In this document: piece after piece, positions 6,698 through 15,788 of the stretch
Layout: the number at the start of each line of letters is the position of its first letter
Position numbering within the stretch: the first letter of the stretch is position 1
Assembly (NCBI GenBank): GCA_025360265.1
Contig: JANYCP010000321.1
Span: 1 to 31,554 of the forward strand
Direction: 5' to 3'
Source: Gemmatimonadota bacterium
Lineage (GTDB): Bacteria; Gemmatimonadota; Gemmatimonadetes; Gemmatimonadales; GWC2-71-9
DNA length: 31,554 bases
The notes under the pieces: model-generated
Told to the model about the DNA's origin: nothing
Databases searched by the model: none
What the model saw: only the letters and a program-made list of their open reading frames with translations
Program-made: the position numbers and the translations under genes

Positions 6698-8761
6698 CTA
6701 GCCTACTCTGAACAGCACCTCTCCTCTCGGATACCTCGCCAGCGCCCGCTCGCGCAACGGCTTGTTCTCCCGCTTAATCAGCGTCGGATCCGCTTCCAGC
6801 ACTGAGCGCGCCAACGCGCGCGCCTCCGCCAGCAAGTCAGTGTCATCCGGAAAGCGCGCAATCTTGAAATCGATGCCACCCGACTGCCGTGCGCCAAGCA
6901 GGTCGCCTCGACCACGCTCTTCGAGATCGAGTTCCGCAATCTTGAAACCGTCGTCGGTGAGCGCGAACGCGCGCAGGCGTTCCGGCATATTGCTCGATGC
7001 CGCCATCAGGATGCAGTGCGATTCCTTCTCACCGCGCCCTACCCTGCCACGCAACTGATGCAGCTGTGCCAGACCGAATCGCTCCGGATGCTCAATCACC
7101 ATCACCGTGGCGTTCGACACATCGATCCCGACCTCAATCACCGTTGTTGCGACGAGCACCTGCACGTCGCCATCGCGAAATGCGCGCATCACAGTGTCTC
7201 GTTCGGCGGGTTTCAACTTGCCGTGGACAATTCCCACCGACACATCCGGCCACTTTTCCTTGAGCTGTGCCGCCATTGTCTCCGCGGCGCGCAAGTCTGC
7301 CCGCTCCGATTCCTCAATGACTGGCAACACGATGTATGCCTGCCCACCGGCGAGCACTGTCTTGCGCACGAACTCAAAGACACGGTTGCGATGCGCTGGT
7401 GTGCGCAGTGCCGTGCGAATCGTGCCGCGCCCCGGCGGCTTGGCACGCAGGATGGACATGTCGAGATCGCCGAAGCGCGTGAGCGCCAGCGATCGCGGGA
7501 TGGGGGTGGCAGTCAGCAGCAGCACATCCGGCGCATCGCCCTTCTGCATGAGCGCGGCCCGCTGCTCCACGCCAAAGCGGTGCTGTTCGTCAATCACCAC
7601 AAGGCCGAGCCGCTGAAACGCCACGTGATCCTGCACCAGAGCGTGTGTGCCGATCACCAACCGCGTCGTGCCATCGGCAATTCGCGCACGCGCGGCGTTC
7701 TTGTCGGCGGCACCCAGGCGGCCGAGTAGCAACTCGGGCAGAATGCCCAGTGGTGTGAGCAATTTCGATAGCGTGCGATAGTGCTGCTCCGCGAGCAGTT
7801 CGGTTGGCGCCATCAGTGCAGCCTGATAACCGTTCTCCAGTGCCAGCAGCATCGCGAAGAGTGCCACCACGGTCTTTCCCGTTCCCACATCTCCCATCAG
7901 GAGCCGATGCATCCGTTCCTTCTTGGTCATGTCGTCGAAGATTTCCCGCACCGACTGCTTCTGATCGGTCGTGAGATCCCATGGCAACGACTCGCGCAAC
8001 GCGGTCGTCAGCGTCTTGTGCACCGTGAACTGCGTGCCGCGTTGCCCTTCTCTCGCCAGCTGACGCGCGCGCGCGAGCATAAGCTGCAGATCGAGCAGTT
8101 CGTCGACCGCGAGTCGACGCCGGCCGGCATCAGCATCAGCGGACGACGTCGGTCGGTGCAATGCGAGCAGTGCATCGCGCAGTACGGGAAGCTGGAAGCG
8201 TTCGCGCAGCGCCTCAGGGAGAATGTCCGGAACGATCGCGATCATTGCGTCCAGATGAGCGTTGATGATGGCGCGGATCTGCTTGTGGCTTAGTCCCTCG
8301 GTAGCCGGATAGACGGGGATCACTCGACCGGACGACGTCGGATCGTCCACGTCACCGAGGATGATGAACTCCCTCGGCGCCATCTGACGCCCATGATAGA
8401 AGCGAATCGGCCCGGCGACGAGAAGCAGCTGACCAGGAACAATCGTGCGGTCGAGAAACGATTGTCCGGGCCAGGCGCACTCGAGGAGGCCGCTGTCGTC
8501 CTTGAGTACGGCGTGGAAGATCCGCAGCCCCTTCCGGGTCGGGAGCACCCCCTTGCTCATGACCGTGCCGATACACGCGACGTCGTCTCCCACGCGGGCC
8601 TTTGCCATTGGGGTGACCGACGACGCGTCGATGTAGCGATGGGGAATGTGGAAGAGGAGGTCCTGCACCGACATCACTCCCAGGCGCTCAAAGGCCTCGG
8701 CGCGCTTCTCACCGATCCCTTTCAGGAACTTGACGGGGGTGTCGAGCCGGAGTTGGGGCAC
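6698..8761 (-). CDS. recG: ATP-dependent DNA helicase RecG
   Basis: 687 aa, GTG start; wedge domain (LKGIGEKRAEAF...LLFHIPHRY), GDVGTGKT, MAPTELLAEQH, IDEQHRFGV, TATPIPR, QLHQLRGRVGRG, GFKIAELDL...RQSG. Confidence 0.97.
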   Translation of the reverse strand: MPQLRLDTPVKFLKGIGEKRAEAFERLGVMSVQDLLFHIPHRYIDASSVTPMAKARVGDDVACIGTVMSKGVLPTRKGLRIFHAVLKDDSGLLECAWPGQSFLDRTIVPGQLLLVAGPIRFYHGRQMAPREFIILGDVDDPTSSGRVIPVYPATEGLSHKQIRAIINAHLDAMIAIVPDILPEALRERFQLPVLRDALLALHRPTSSADADAGRRRLAVDELLDLQLMLARARQLAREGQRGTQFTVHKTLTTALRESLPWDLTTDQKQSVREIFDDMTKKERMHRLLMGDVGTGKTVVALFAMLLALENGYQAALMAPTELLAEQHYRTLSKLLTPLGILPELLLGRLGAADKNAARARIADGTTRLVIGTHALVQDHVAFQRLGLVVIDEQHRFGVEQRAALMQKGDAPDVLLLTATPIPRSLALTRFGDLDMSILRAKPPGRGTIRTALRTPAHRNRVFEFVRKTVLAGGQAYIVLPVIEESERADLRAAETMAAQLKEKWPDVSVGIVHGKLKPAERDTVMRAFRDGDVQVLVATTVIEVGIDVSNATVMVIEHPERFGLAQLHQLRGRVGRGEKESHCILMAASSNMPERLRAFALTDDGFKIAELDLEERGRGDLLGARQSGGIDFKIARFPDDTDLLAEARALARSVLEADPTLIKRENKPLRERALARYPRGEVLFRVG

Positions 8762-8766
8762 GAGGG

Positions 8767-8794
8767 AAGGTATTCAGCCCCTCCCATTTGTCAC
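8767..8794 (-). promoter_or_regulatory. Candidate promoter of recG, possibly leaderless
   Basis: Minus strand: GTGACA (8794-8789), 16 nt, TACCTT (8772-8767), 5 nt, GTG 8761; the nearest GGGAGG is 18 nt upstream, too far for an SD. Confidence 0.45.
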
Positions 8795-8800
8795 ATTGGC

Positions 8801-8806
8801 TATGAT
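8801..8806 (+). promoter_or_regulatory. Possible -10 box for the lipoprotein islet
   Basis: TATGAT (5/6 match to TATAAT) in the divergent gap, about 45 nt before the TTG start; no convincing -35. Confidence 0.3.
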
Positions 8807-8850
8807 TCGCGCGTCCCAAGCAGACCACCAATCGAAGGCAGGAGGCGGCG

Positions 8851-9258
8851 TTGGCGACCTCTAGCGGATTGCGATTCAGCGCTGGCGCGATGCTCGTGGC
8901 TGGCGCGCTCGTCGCTTGCGATTTCACCCCTGGATTCGACTATCGGATCGGCGCGGTCCACATCAAAGTTGACTCGCTTGTTTTCACGAATTACGTGACA
9001 AACGCTGCGATCCAGAATCAGAGCGGTTCGGTGCTGCAGGTCGGGCCAATTCCTTGCCAGGTATTCCGGGACAAGCTGGAAGCCACCGGATGGCAAGCGA
9101 TCGGGCAATCGGCCGCGCTATGTCGTCAACAAACGTTTACGATTGCTGCCGGTGAATCGTACGAGTTCCAGTTTCTCGCTCCAGAACGCGGCGAGTACCG
9201 GCTTCGCATGATCGTCGCACCAGACACGATCCTTTCAGAGCCATTCACGGTGCACTGA
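8851..9258 (+). CDS. Small lipoprotein, predicted beta-rich/Ig-like (paralog 1)
   Basis: 135 aa; TTG start after AGGAGG; signal peptide ending LVAC (Cys23); NQSG, Cys pair 22 residues apart, GEYRLRM, LSEPFTV. Confidence 0.8.
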   Translation: MATSSGLRFSAGAMLVAGALVACDFTPGFDYRIGAVHIKVDSLVFTNYVTNAAIQNQSGSVLQVGPIPCQVFRDKLEATGWQAIGQSAALCRQQTFTIAAGESYEFQFLAPERGEYRLRMIVAPDTILSEPFTVH

Positions 9259-9674
9259 TGAGATTCTCCATAAGGTCAAGGAAGGTCCCCTCGCTCCTTG
9301 CCGTCGCATTTGCCGCCTTCCTGATCGCTGCGTGCAGTTCGGAGCCAATGGCGTACGGCACCGGCAATGTGAGCATGTCGGTCCCGCAGTCGGTATCCGC
9401 TGGAGCAAGCGCGAGTGGGTCGTTGGTGAATCGTAGCGGCGCTACACTTAGCTTCGGCGCGATTGGATGTTACGTGGAAACTGACCGATGGGAGGCGAAC
9501 CGCTGGCAGAGTCTCGGTCCCCGAACTGGGCTCTGCATTCAGCCCAAGTACACTCTGGAAGATGGGAAGGATTTTCCGTTCGTATTCGCCACACCATCCG
9601 AATCTGGAACGTTCCGGCTTCGCACGTTGGTTGAGGGCGCCACCGTGCTCTCCGGACCATTTAGGGTCGATTGA
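9258..9674 (+). CDS. Small lipoprotein, predicted beta-rich/Ig-like (paralog 2)
   Basis: 138 aa; TGATG coupling to paralog 1; lipobox IAAC (Cys26); NRSG, Cys pair 22 residues apart, GTFRLRT, LSGPFRV. Confidence 0.85.
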   Translation: MRFSIRSRKVPSLLAVAFAAFLIAACSSEPMAYGTGNVSMSVPQSVSAGASASGSLVNRSGATLSFGAIGCYVETDRWEANRWQSLGPRTGLCIQPKYTLEDGKDFPFVFATPSESGTFRLRTLVEGATVLSGPFRVD

Positions 9675-9694
9675 GGACAACCGCGAGGTATTCG

Positions 9695-9871
9695 ATGAAT
9701 CGAATTGCTGGAGGGTGCCTTCTGCTGGCGACCGCATGCACCGCCGACATTCTGACCAGCGCCGAACGTCCCATCACTCTGAGCATTTCCGCCAGCAACT
9801 TTGGCATCGGCGACACGATACGCGCAACGGCGCGCAATCTTTCCGGCGCGCCCCAAACTACGCTTCCATGA
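9695..9871 (+). pseudogene. Truncated third lipoprotein paralog
   Basis: GAGG SD, ATG 9695, lipobox LATAC (Cys15), NLSG at the same offset as NxSG in paralogs 1 and 2; then runs into the 3' end of the convergent symporter gene and stops at 58 aa. Confidence 0.65.
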
Positions 9872-11366
9872 TCAGCTGCACATCGCCATCGAGATCAGTA
9901 GAAGCCTGATCGCGCGTGAGCCACGACACCACAAAGAACGTCAGCAACGACAGCACCAGTGCCAGTCCGGACGGCATCACCCCGACGGGAAGTTGGTAGA
10001 TCTTCAGGAAACCCAGCGTTTCGAGCAGCAGGGTGACAATCAATCCCACCGCCATTGACGCAATCGCACCGACGCGGGTAGCTCCCCTCCAGTTCATGCC
10101 GATCGCCAGGCTCGGCACCAGCGTCGAGGCGAACAATCCCCACGCGAAGATTCCCAGAAAGGCGACGAGCTGGCCGGGGAGCAATGCGAGCACCGCCGCC
10201 GCAGCCGCGATCGCAATGGTCGCGAGACGGCCGATTCGCAGCTCGTTCGCCATGCGAACTCCAAACGCCATCGGAAGATCATGCGTGGCCGCCGCCGCCC
10301 CGATATTCAGAAAGGCGTTGACCGTTCCCATGATCGCGGCCGCGATCCCGCTGAATACGATCCCGGCAAGCCACGGTGAGGCACGGTGCAGCAGAAACAT
10401 CGGCGTCGCATCATCACGCTGCACGAGCGGCGCCATTTCCCCTGCCAGCACTGCGGCTTTCACGCCGAGCCCGATGCTGAAGAAGAGCAACAGGGTCAAC
10501 AGCAACACGGCGGTCATCAGCAGTGGATACCACCGCAGCTGCCGCGGATCCTTCAGCATGTAGTACTTGCTGATCACCTGGGGCTGGCCGAGCGTGCCGA
10601 GGCCGAACACCAGGAAAAACGAAAGGGCAGCGAGTGGAGTGAGGTGTCCCCACGGGCCAAGGAACGCCGGCTCGTGGGCGAGAATGGTTCGCGATATTCC
10701 GCCGAGTCCGTGGCCAGCGCGCAGCACTGCCACGAATACCAGCACCGATGCGATCGCCTTGATCGTTCCCTGAAAGACGTCGGTGTACACACCGGCGAGA
10801 ATTCCTCCTGTCGCCGAGTATGCGACGACCGCGGCGGTGCCGATCAGGACACCGGCAGGAAGCGAAAGCCCGAACACGGCATTGAGGACGTACCCCAATG
10901 CAAGAAGATTTGTTGCCACATATGTGATGGTCGCAACCAGGATCGCTGCCGCGCAGATCCCCTGAGCCGCAGGCGACCGGTATCGAGCACCGACCGCATC
11001 GGGAACGGTGATAACGTGGCGGACTTCACGAAGCAGTCGCATCCGCCGCGCCAGCGCCCACGCGCTCATCGGCGTCGTCATGCTTGCTGAGAGCGAGATG
11101 AAGAGCGCTCCGATTCCGGCCTGGTAGAGCAGCCCCGGGCCACCGATGAAGATGAACCCGGACAGCGTCGCCGCCATGGCAGCGAGCGTCATCGTCCAAA
11201 GGCCGATCCCCTGCCCCGCGACAAAGAAGTCCTCGGACGTCCGTGTGCGGCGAGCCGCCCAGGTCGCAATCGCCGCACATACTACGAAATAGAACGCCGC
11301 GACGACAAGAAGTTCGGTGGTCGATGTGGAGGGAATTGCATGGGTCTGCAGCGTCGCCAGAATCAC
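9858..11366 (-). CDS. Sodium:solute symporter (SSS/SLC5 family; PutP/PanF-like, substrate unknown)
   Basis: 502 aa from GTG 11366 (GTGA overlap with the upstream gene); many hydrophobic helices; EDFFVAG, TLSGFIFIGGPG, GGILAGVYTDVFQG, GQPQV, AAIMGTVNA. Confidence 0.9.
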   Translation of the reverse strand: MILATLQTHAIPSTSTTELLVVAAFYFVVCAAIATWAARRTRTSEDFFVAGQGIGLWTMTLAAMAATLSGFIFIGGPGLLYQAGIGALFISLSASMTTPMSAWALARRMRLLREVRHVITVPDAVGARYRSPAAQGICAAAILVATITYVATNLLALGYVLNAVFGLSLPAGVLIGTAAVVAYSATGGILAGVYTDVFQGTIKAIASVLVFVAVLRAGHGLGGISRTILAHEPAFLGPWGHLTPLAALSFFLVFGLGTLGQPQVISKYYMLKDPRQLRWYPLLMTAVLLLTLLLFFSIGLGVKAAVLAGEMAPLVQRDDATPMFLLHRASPWLAGIVFSGIAAAIMGTVNAFLNIGAAAATHDLPMAFGVRMANELRIGRLATIAIAAAAAVLALLPGQLVAFLGIFAWGLFASTLVPSLAIGMNWRGATRVGAIASMAVGLIVTLLLETLGFLKIYQLPVGVMPSGLALVLSLLTFFVVSWLTRDQASTDLDGDVQLIMEA

Positions 11367-11818
11367 GACAGACGGGCCGCCGCGCAACGGCGCTTCAGCG
11401 CGACTAATGCGGCTTCATCGAGACCATCACTCTTGAATTCGAGCGCAAACAGGATCGGCAGGACAACCACCGGCAGCAGGCCAACGCCGTACACTTCGAT
11501 TGCGACGGGCAGTGGCAGGCCAAGGACGAGTGGCGTCTCGACCGTGACCGCCGGGAAGTACATCGGGATGCCGAAACCGGCGACAATGACGACAAGCAGG
11601 AAGGCAGCCACCAATGCGACTCGCGCCGGCCGGATATGCGAATTGGCGGCGCCCATCGCGATCGCCGCCGACATGCATAGCGCCGAACCACTGATCATCG
11701 ACCAGGTGCCCCACGTTGGTGCGCCGAACCACGCCGAGACATAGCTGAGCAAGACGAGCAAGGCGCCGAGAACCAATCCAGCAACCGGAACGCTCGCCAC
11801 TCGCGACCCGCGACTCAC
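11363..11818 (-). CDS. Small polytopic membrane protein (about 4 TM), candidate symporter partner
   Basis: 151 aa from GTG 11818 (GTGA overlap with the ftsY stop); this is the hydrophobic C-terminal half of ORF-track 11363..12262; four hydrophobic segments, ending LDEAALVALKRRCAAARLS. Confidence 0.75.
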   Translation of the reverse strand: MSRGSRVASVPVAGLVLGALLVLLSYVSAWFGAPTWGTWSMISGSALCMSAAIAMGAANSHIRPARVALVAAFLLVVIVAGFGIPMYFPAVTVETPLVLGLPLPVAIEVYGVGLLPVVVLPILFALEFKSDGLDEAALVALKRRCAAARLS

Positions 11819-12741
11819 GACTCCTCCGCTCCCACCAGCATCTCTGCCATCTTCGCCGCGTTGAACACTTGCAGATCGTCCACAGTCTCGCCGGTCCCGA
11901 TAAAACGAATCGGCACCTCGAGCTCGCGACGAAGCGCGACCACGGCTCCACCTCGCGCGGTCCCATCGAGTTTCGTCACGATCAATCCAGTGGGGCGAAC
12001 GACCTGCGCAAAGAGCTTCCCCTGTTGAATGGCGTTCTGTCCCACCGATCCGTCGAGCACCAGAAACACTTCGTGCGGCGCACCAATCACCCGCTTTCCT
12101 GCTACCCGCACGACTTTGCCGAGCTCTGCCATGAGGCCGTCCTGCGTGTGCAGGCGTCCTGCGGTGTCGATGAGGACCACATCGACGCCACGCGACACGC
12201 CCGCCTCCACCGCATCGTACGCCACTGCAGCGGGATCGCCACCGGGTGCGCCCGACACGCACGGTACGCCAATGCGTTCAGCCCACACTTGCAGCTGTGC
12301 AATCGCACCGGCACGATATGTGTCTGCAGCGCCGAGGAGAACGCTCTGGCCGCGTTGCTGCAATGTGTGCGCGAGCTTCGCTACCGACGTGGTCTTGCCA
12401 ACCCCGTTGACACCAATGACAAGCACCACCGATGGGCCGGCCTGAGGGCGCAGCAACACACCAGGATCGCCTGGTGCCGCGAGGACGTCGGTCAGGCGCG
12501 CGACCAGCGCGGCGTGCAAGTCGGCTTCGGACTTGAGCTTGCCCTTGCGCACTTGGTCATCGAGAAACGCGACCAGGTCGATTGTGGCAGGGACACCGAA
12601 GTCAGCTTCCACCAGCAACCGTTCGATCTGGGTGAGATCGTCAGCATTGAGTCCACGTGCGAGGGCACGCACGTCAGTGAGCGCCAGGCGCTTGATACGT
12701 TGCCAGAGGCCAAGTTTCTTCGTCGAGAGGCGATCGTTCAT
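11815..12741 (-). CDS. ftsY: Signal recognition particle receptor FtsY (short NG form, no acidic A domain)
   Basis: 308 aa from ATG 12741; LVEADFG, GVNGVGKTT, DTYRAGA, DTAGR, TKLDGTARGG, GTGETVDDL. Confidence 0.96.
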   Translation of the reverse strand: MNDRLSTKKLGLWQRIKRLALTDVRALARGLNADDLTQIERLLVEADFGVPATIDLVAFLDDQVRKGKLKSEADLHAALVARLTDVLAAPGDPGVLLRPQAGPSVVLVIGVNGVGKTTSVAKLAHTLQQRGQSVLLGAADTYRAGAIAQLQVWAERIGVPCVSGAPGGDPAAVAYDAVEAGVSRGVDVVLIDTAGRLHTQDGLMAELGKVVRVAGKRVIGAPHEVFLVLDGSVGQNAIQQGKLFAQVVRPTGLIVTKLDGTARGGAVVALRRELEVPIRFIGTGETVDDLQVFNAAKMAEMLVGAEES

Positions 12742-14504
12742 CGTAATCCCAGTCTCCTTCGGAGCAACCACTCCGTGCCAAACCCGCCGAGCGCAAGCCC
12801 GAAGAGCCACAGCAGTTCACGCACCGACCGTCGTGAGCCGGCGCGCGACGCCACACCAATGTGCTCCACCATCGTCACTGGTCCTGGTACCAGTTCGTCG
12901 GCAAACGGTTCGACAGCAAATGTTCCCGCCCCGCCGTGTTCTATCGCATAGCTATAACGCCCAACTGGCAGCGCCAGCACGGCATCGCCGGCACCGTCGA
13001 ATCGCAGTGTGTCGGTGCGCGGGGTGCGTGGCCCTCGGAGATCGATGGCGAGGGGTAGCGGCGAACCAGATGCCGTCCAGCGAAAATGTACGGCGCGGCC
13101 TCGCTGCGTCACCGGCGTGCTGACGCGGGCGCGGACGGAATCGCCCTCGGGCGTCGCCAGAAGCCATGTCGCCGCGCCGGCGATCATGGTGCGCCATACC
13201 TGATCGGCGGTACCGCCACGCAGCGACCAGCGGGCGAGCCCGTCAACGCCAATCGTGACCGTCCGGCCCTCGCGGCCTTGCACGCCGCCAATCACCGGCA
13301 CCGGAACGCCGCGTCGCGAAAGGCGCGCGGTGGCGCCGACCCAGCCGCGCATCGTGGCGCTGTCGAGCGGGACCACTCCCGGGGCTGGCGGCAATGAATC
13401 GGGTTCGGTCCCAGCGAACGCCGACGCGAGTGGCGAAATCCCGCTGCTACTGAGATACCAGTCGCCAGCGAGTGTGGCTGGCGGCCAGAGCAACCGTGCT
13501 CGTCCCATTGTTCGCCAGCTCTTCACATCGCCACGCACGGCGAGCAGGTCGGCGTTGCGTGCAGCGGCAGACACCTCCACTGTCGTCACGGTGCGCAAAT
13601 CATCCATGCGGCGCCACTGACCACGCTGCAACTGCGCGTACCCTCGAATCGGGGCGTTCACCACATCTTTCAGCGTGCGGTAGAGTGCCCGCGAATCCCA
13701 ATCCGGCGCCTCCGCAATCACAACGACGCCGGGGGTGGCCGAGACGGTGAGACGCCACCAGCGCAGGTCGTCGTCGGGTTCGGCGTCTGGTGCTCCAACA
13801 CGCTCAACTCGGAGCCAGCGTTCACCTTGCAGCGTTCCCGGCATTGCACCGAAGAGCCGAAGGGTGGCGTGATCGCCCGAGCCAAAATGGATGACGCCGC
13901 GAAGCAACACCGTCGAACTGTCGCGCACCACGACGATTGCCGTATCCGGCGCACCAACGGTGCGGCGCGCCACGATTTCCATCGCCAGCGAATCCCCGGC
14001 ACTGATTCGCTCCGGAGCACGGATTTCTGTCAACGCGATATCGCTACCCGCTGCCCGCGGCAGCAATCGCACCGTGGTCTGGGCGCGTTGATCGGCTGAC
14101 ATGGAGCCGGCATCGGCAATCTCTCCGTCAGTGACGACGGTCACCGCACGCCCGCCGGCGAGCGAGCCGGAGAGTGCGTCAAGCAACGTCGATCGCCCAC
14201 CCGGTTCACCGGCGAACAATTCGCCAAATGTCGTCGTGTCACCGAGGGAAGCGGCGAGACGCACCGCTTCGCTGTAACGACCGGTCGCTCCGTGCATCGA
14301 GACCGAATTGTCGAGGAGGACGAGCGGCCGAGTCGCAGCGGGTCGGTTCGCGATGCCAGGATCGAGCAGCAGGAAGATCAATGCGATCAGGGCCACCGCG
14401 CGCGCCGCGAACGCGAGCCGGGCCAATGGCAGGTCGAGTCGACCGCGCCAACTCCACCACGCCACGGCAACCGCCACGACCAGGGCGAGGACGGACGGAA
14501 GCAT
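12738..14504 (-). CDS. Membrane-anchored VWA (MIDAS)-type protein with predicted Ig-like middle region
   Basis: 588 aa; two N-terminal hydrophobic segments, LLDNSVSM (DxSxS) and VVTDGE, beta-rich SDIALTEIRAP... region, C-terminal TM ending TEWLLRRRLGLR. Confidence 0.75.
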   Translation of the reverse strand: MLPSVLALVVAVAVAWWSWRGRLDLPLARLAFAARAVALIALIFLLLDPGIANRPAATRPLVLLDNSVSMHGATGRYSEAVRLAASLGDTTTFGELFAGEPGGRSTLLDALSGSLAGGRAVTVVTDGEIADAGSMSADQRAQTTVRLLPRAAGSDIALTEIRAPERISAGDSLAMEIVARRTVGAPDTAIVVVRDSSTVLLRGVIHFGSGDHATLRLFGAMPGTLQGERWLRVERVGAPDAEPDDDLRWWRLTVSATPGVVVIAEAPDWDSRALYRTLKDVVNAPIRGYAQLQRGQWRRMDDLRTVTTVEVSAAARNADLLAVRGDVKSWRTMGRARLLWPPATLAGDWYLSSSGISPLASAFAGTEPDSLPPAPGVVPLDSATMRGWVGATARLSRRGVPVPVIGGVQGREGRTVTIGVDGLARWSLRGGTADQVWRTMIAGAATWLLATPEGDSVRARVSTPVTQRGRAVHFRWTASGSPLPLAIDLRGPRTPRTDTLRFDGAGDAVLALPVGRYSYAIEHGGAGTFAVEPFADELVPGPVTMVEHIGVASRAGSRRSVRELLWLFGLALGGFGTEWLLRRRLGLR

Positions 14505-14519
14505 TGTGCGGGCGGGCAG

Positions 14520-15788
14520 TTATTCGGTGATGGGTGCCGACGCCGGGTGACCACCCAGCAGGTCGGACAGCAGCGTCTTGCGGCGCTGGAACTCGGCCAG
14601 AGCAGTCCGGGGTAGCGGCGCTCCCGGTTCCGACTTCATTGAGCGTGGATCACGGGCTTTGCCATTCACGCGAAATTCATAGTGGAGATGCGGACCGGTG
14701 GCGAGGCCTGAGGAACCGACCCGACCGATGATGTCGCTCTGCTTCACATGTACCCCCGCGCGGAGGCCGAGGCCGATATCGCGGAGGTGTCCGTACCGAG
14801 TGACCGTCCCGTTCGGGTGACGCAGTTCGACCATCCGACCGTAGCCCCCGGCCCACCCAGCGGAGATCACAATGCCATCGCTGACCGCACGCACCGGTGT
14901 CCCGCTGGCCGCGGCGTAGTCGACGCCCTCGTGCTTGCGAAACAGCCCGAGAATCGGATGAAAACGGGACAGCGAAAATCCACTGGTGATGTAGCGAAAG
15001 TCGACCGGTGTCAGCAGGAACGCGCGCTTGACCGCCGCACCGTTGCCGTCATAGTACGACAGGCCACCCTTGCCGTCGGGATATCCGAAGGCATCGTAGC
15101 TCTTGCGACCGACGGATTCGCTGCTGGCAAGCAAGGCACCGGCCCGCACTTCCCCCTCCTCGGATACCAGGCGCTCAAGCACGGCAACAAACTGGTCACC
15201 GACCTGCAGATCCGAGGAAAAATCAACGGTCGACGCGTTCACGTCGGAAAGCTGGTAGACGAGCTTGTCGCGTTCATCATTGTTGAGTGAACCGTCACAC
15301 ACACCGTGATGCAACGCCGCGTACACACTCGCCTGGTCAGCAGTGATTGAACCAGAACAGCGAATCGTATCGGTGGTCCAGCGGACCGGCACCGACTCCG
15401 CTTGCCAGCCACCCGCTGACGTGCGCACGAACCGCATCCGCTCGTCGGGGTTGGGCCGAAACTCCACGTGGGTCGCCTCGTCGGTGCCAGCATCACGCCG
15501 CACCGAGAAGACCAGGCCAGCGCGAATGCGGGTCGGATCGAGGCGGAGCGCTGCGGCGAGGGCCTTCAGGTCGAGGCCATTGATCCCCTGGCGATGCAAT
15601 AGCGCAGACACCGACTCGCCCTGCTTCAACGTGTCATGGACAACGCGGAATGGACTTCTCACCACGATCGGTGGCGCCGTGGGCACGTCCGACAATCTGG
15701 TCCACGGCCATTCACCGCGCACCGCAAGGGCCCCGGCGCCAATCAGCGTCGCGACTCCAAGCAGAAAGATCAGTGCGCGGCGATTCAT
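14520..15788 (-). CDS. M23 family peptidoglycan endopeptidase (MepM/Csd-like), N-terminally anchored
   Basis: 422 aa from ATG 15788 (TGATG with ftsZ); N-terminal TM, TLKQGES segment, RFHPIL, zinc motifs HEGVD (HxxxD) and GPHLHYE (HxH). Confidence 0.92.
   Translation of the reverse strand: MNRRALIFLLGVATLIGAGALAVRGEWPWTRLSDVPTAPPIVVRSPFRVVHDTLKQGESVSALLHRQGINGLDLKALAAALRLDPTRIRAGLVFSVRRDAGTDEATHVEFRPNPDERMRFVRTSAGGWQAESVPVRWTTDTIRCSGSITADQASVYAALHHGVCDGSLNNDERDKLVYQLSDVNASTVDFSSDLQVGDQFVAVLERLVSEEGEVRAGALLASSESVGRKSYDAFGYPDGKGGLSYYDGNGAAVKRAFLLTPVDFRYITSGFSLSRFHPILGLFRKHEGVDYAAASGTPVRAVSDGIVISAGWAGGYGRMVELRHPNGTVTRYGHLRDIGLGLRAGVHVKQSDIIGRVGSSGLATGPHLHYEFRVNGKARDPRSMKSEPGAPLPRTALAEFQRRKTLLSDLLGGHPASAPITE

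Noticed and set aside
5541-8797. Shared AATGTGACA upstream of asnS and recG; possible CRP-like site at 8780-8795
   Set aside because: The motif sits at different positions relative to the two promoters, and there is only one TCACA half-site without a TGTGA partner 6 nt away; compatible with chance.
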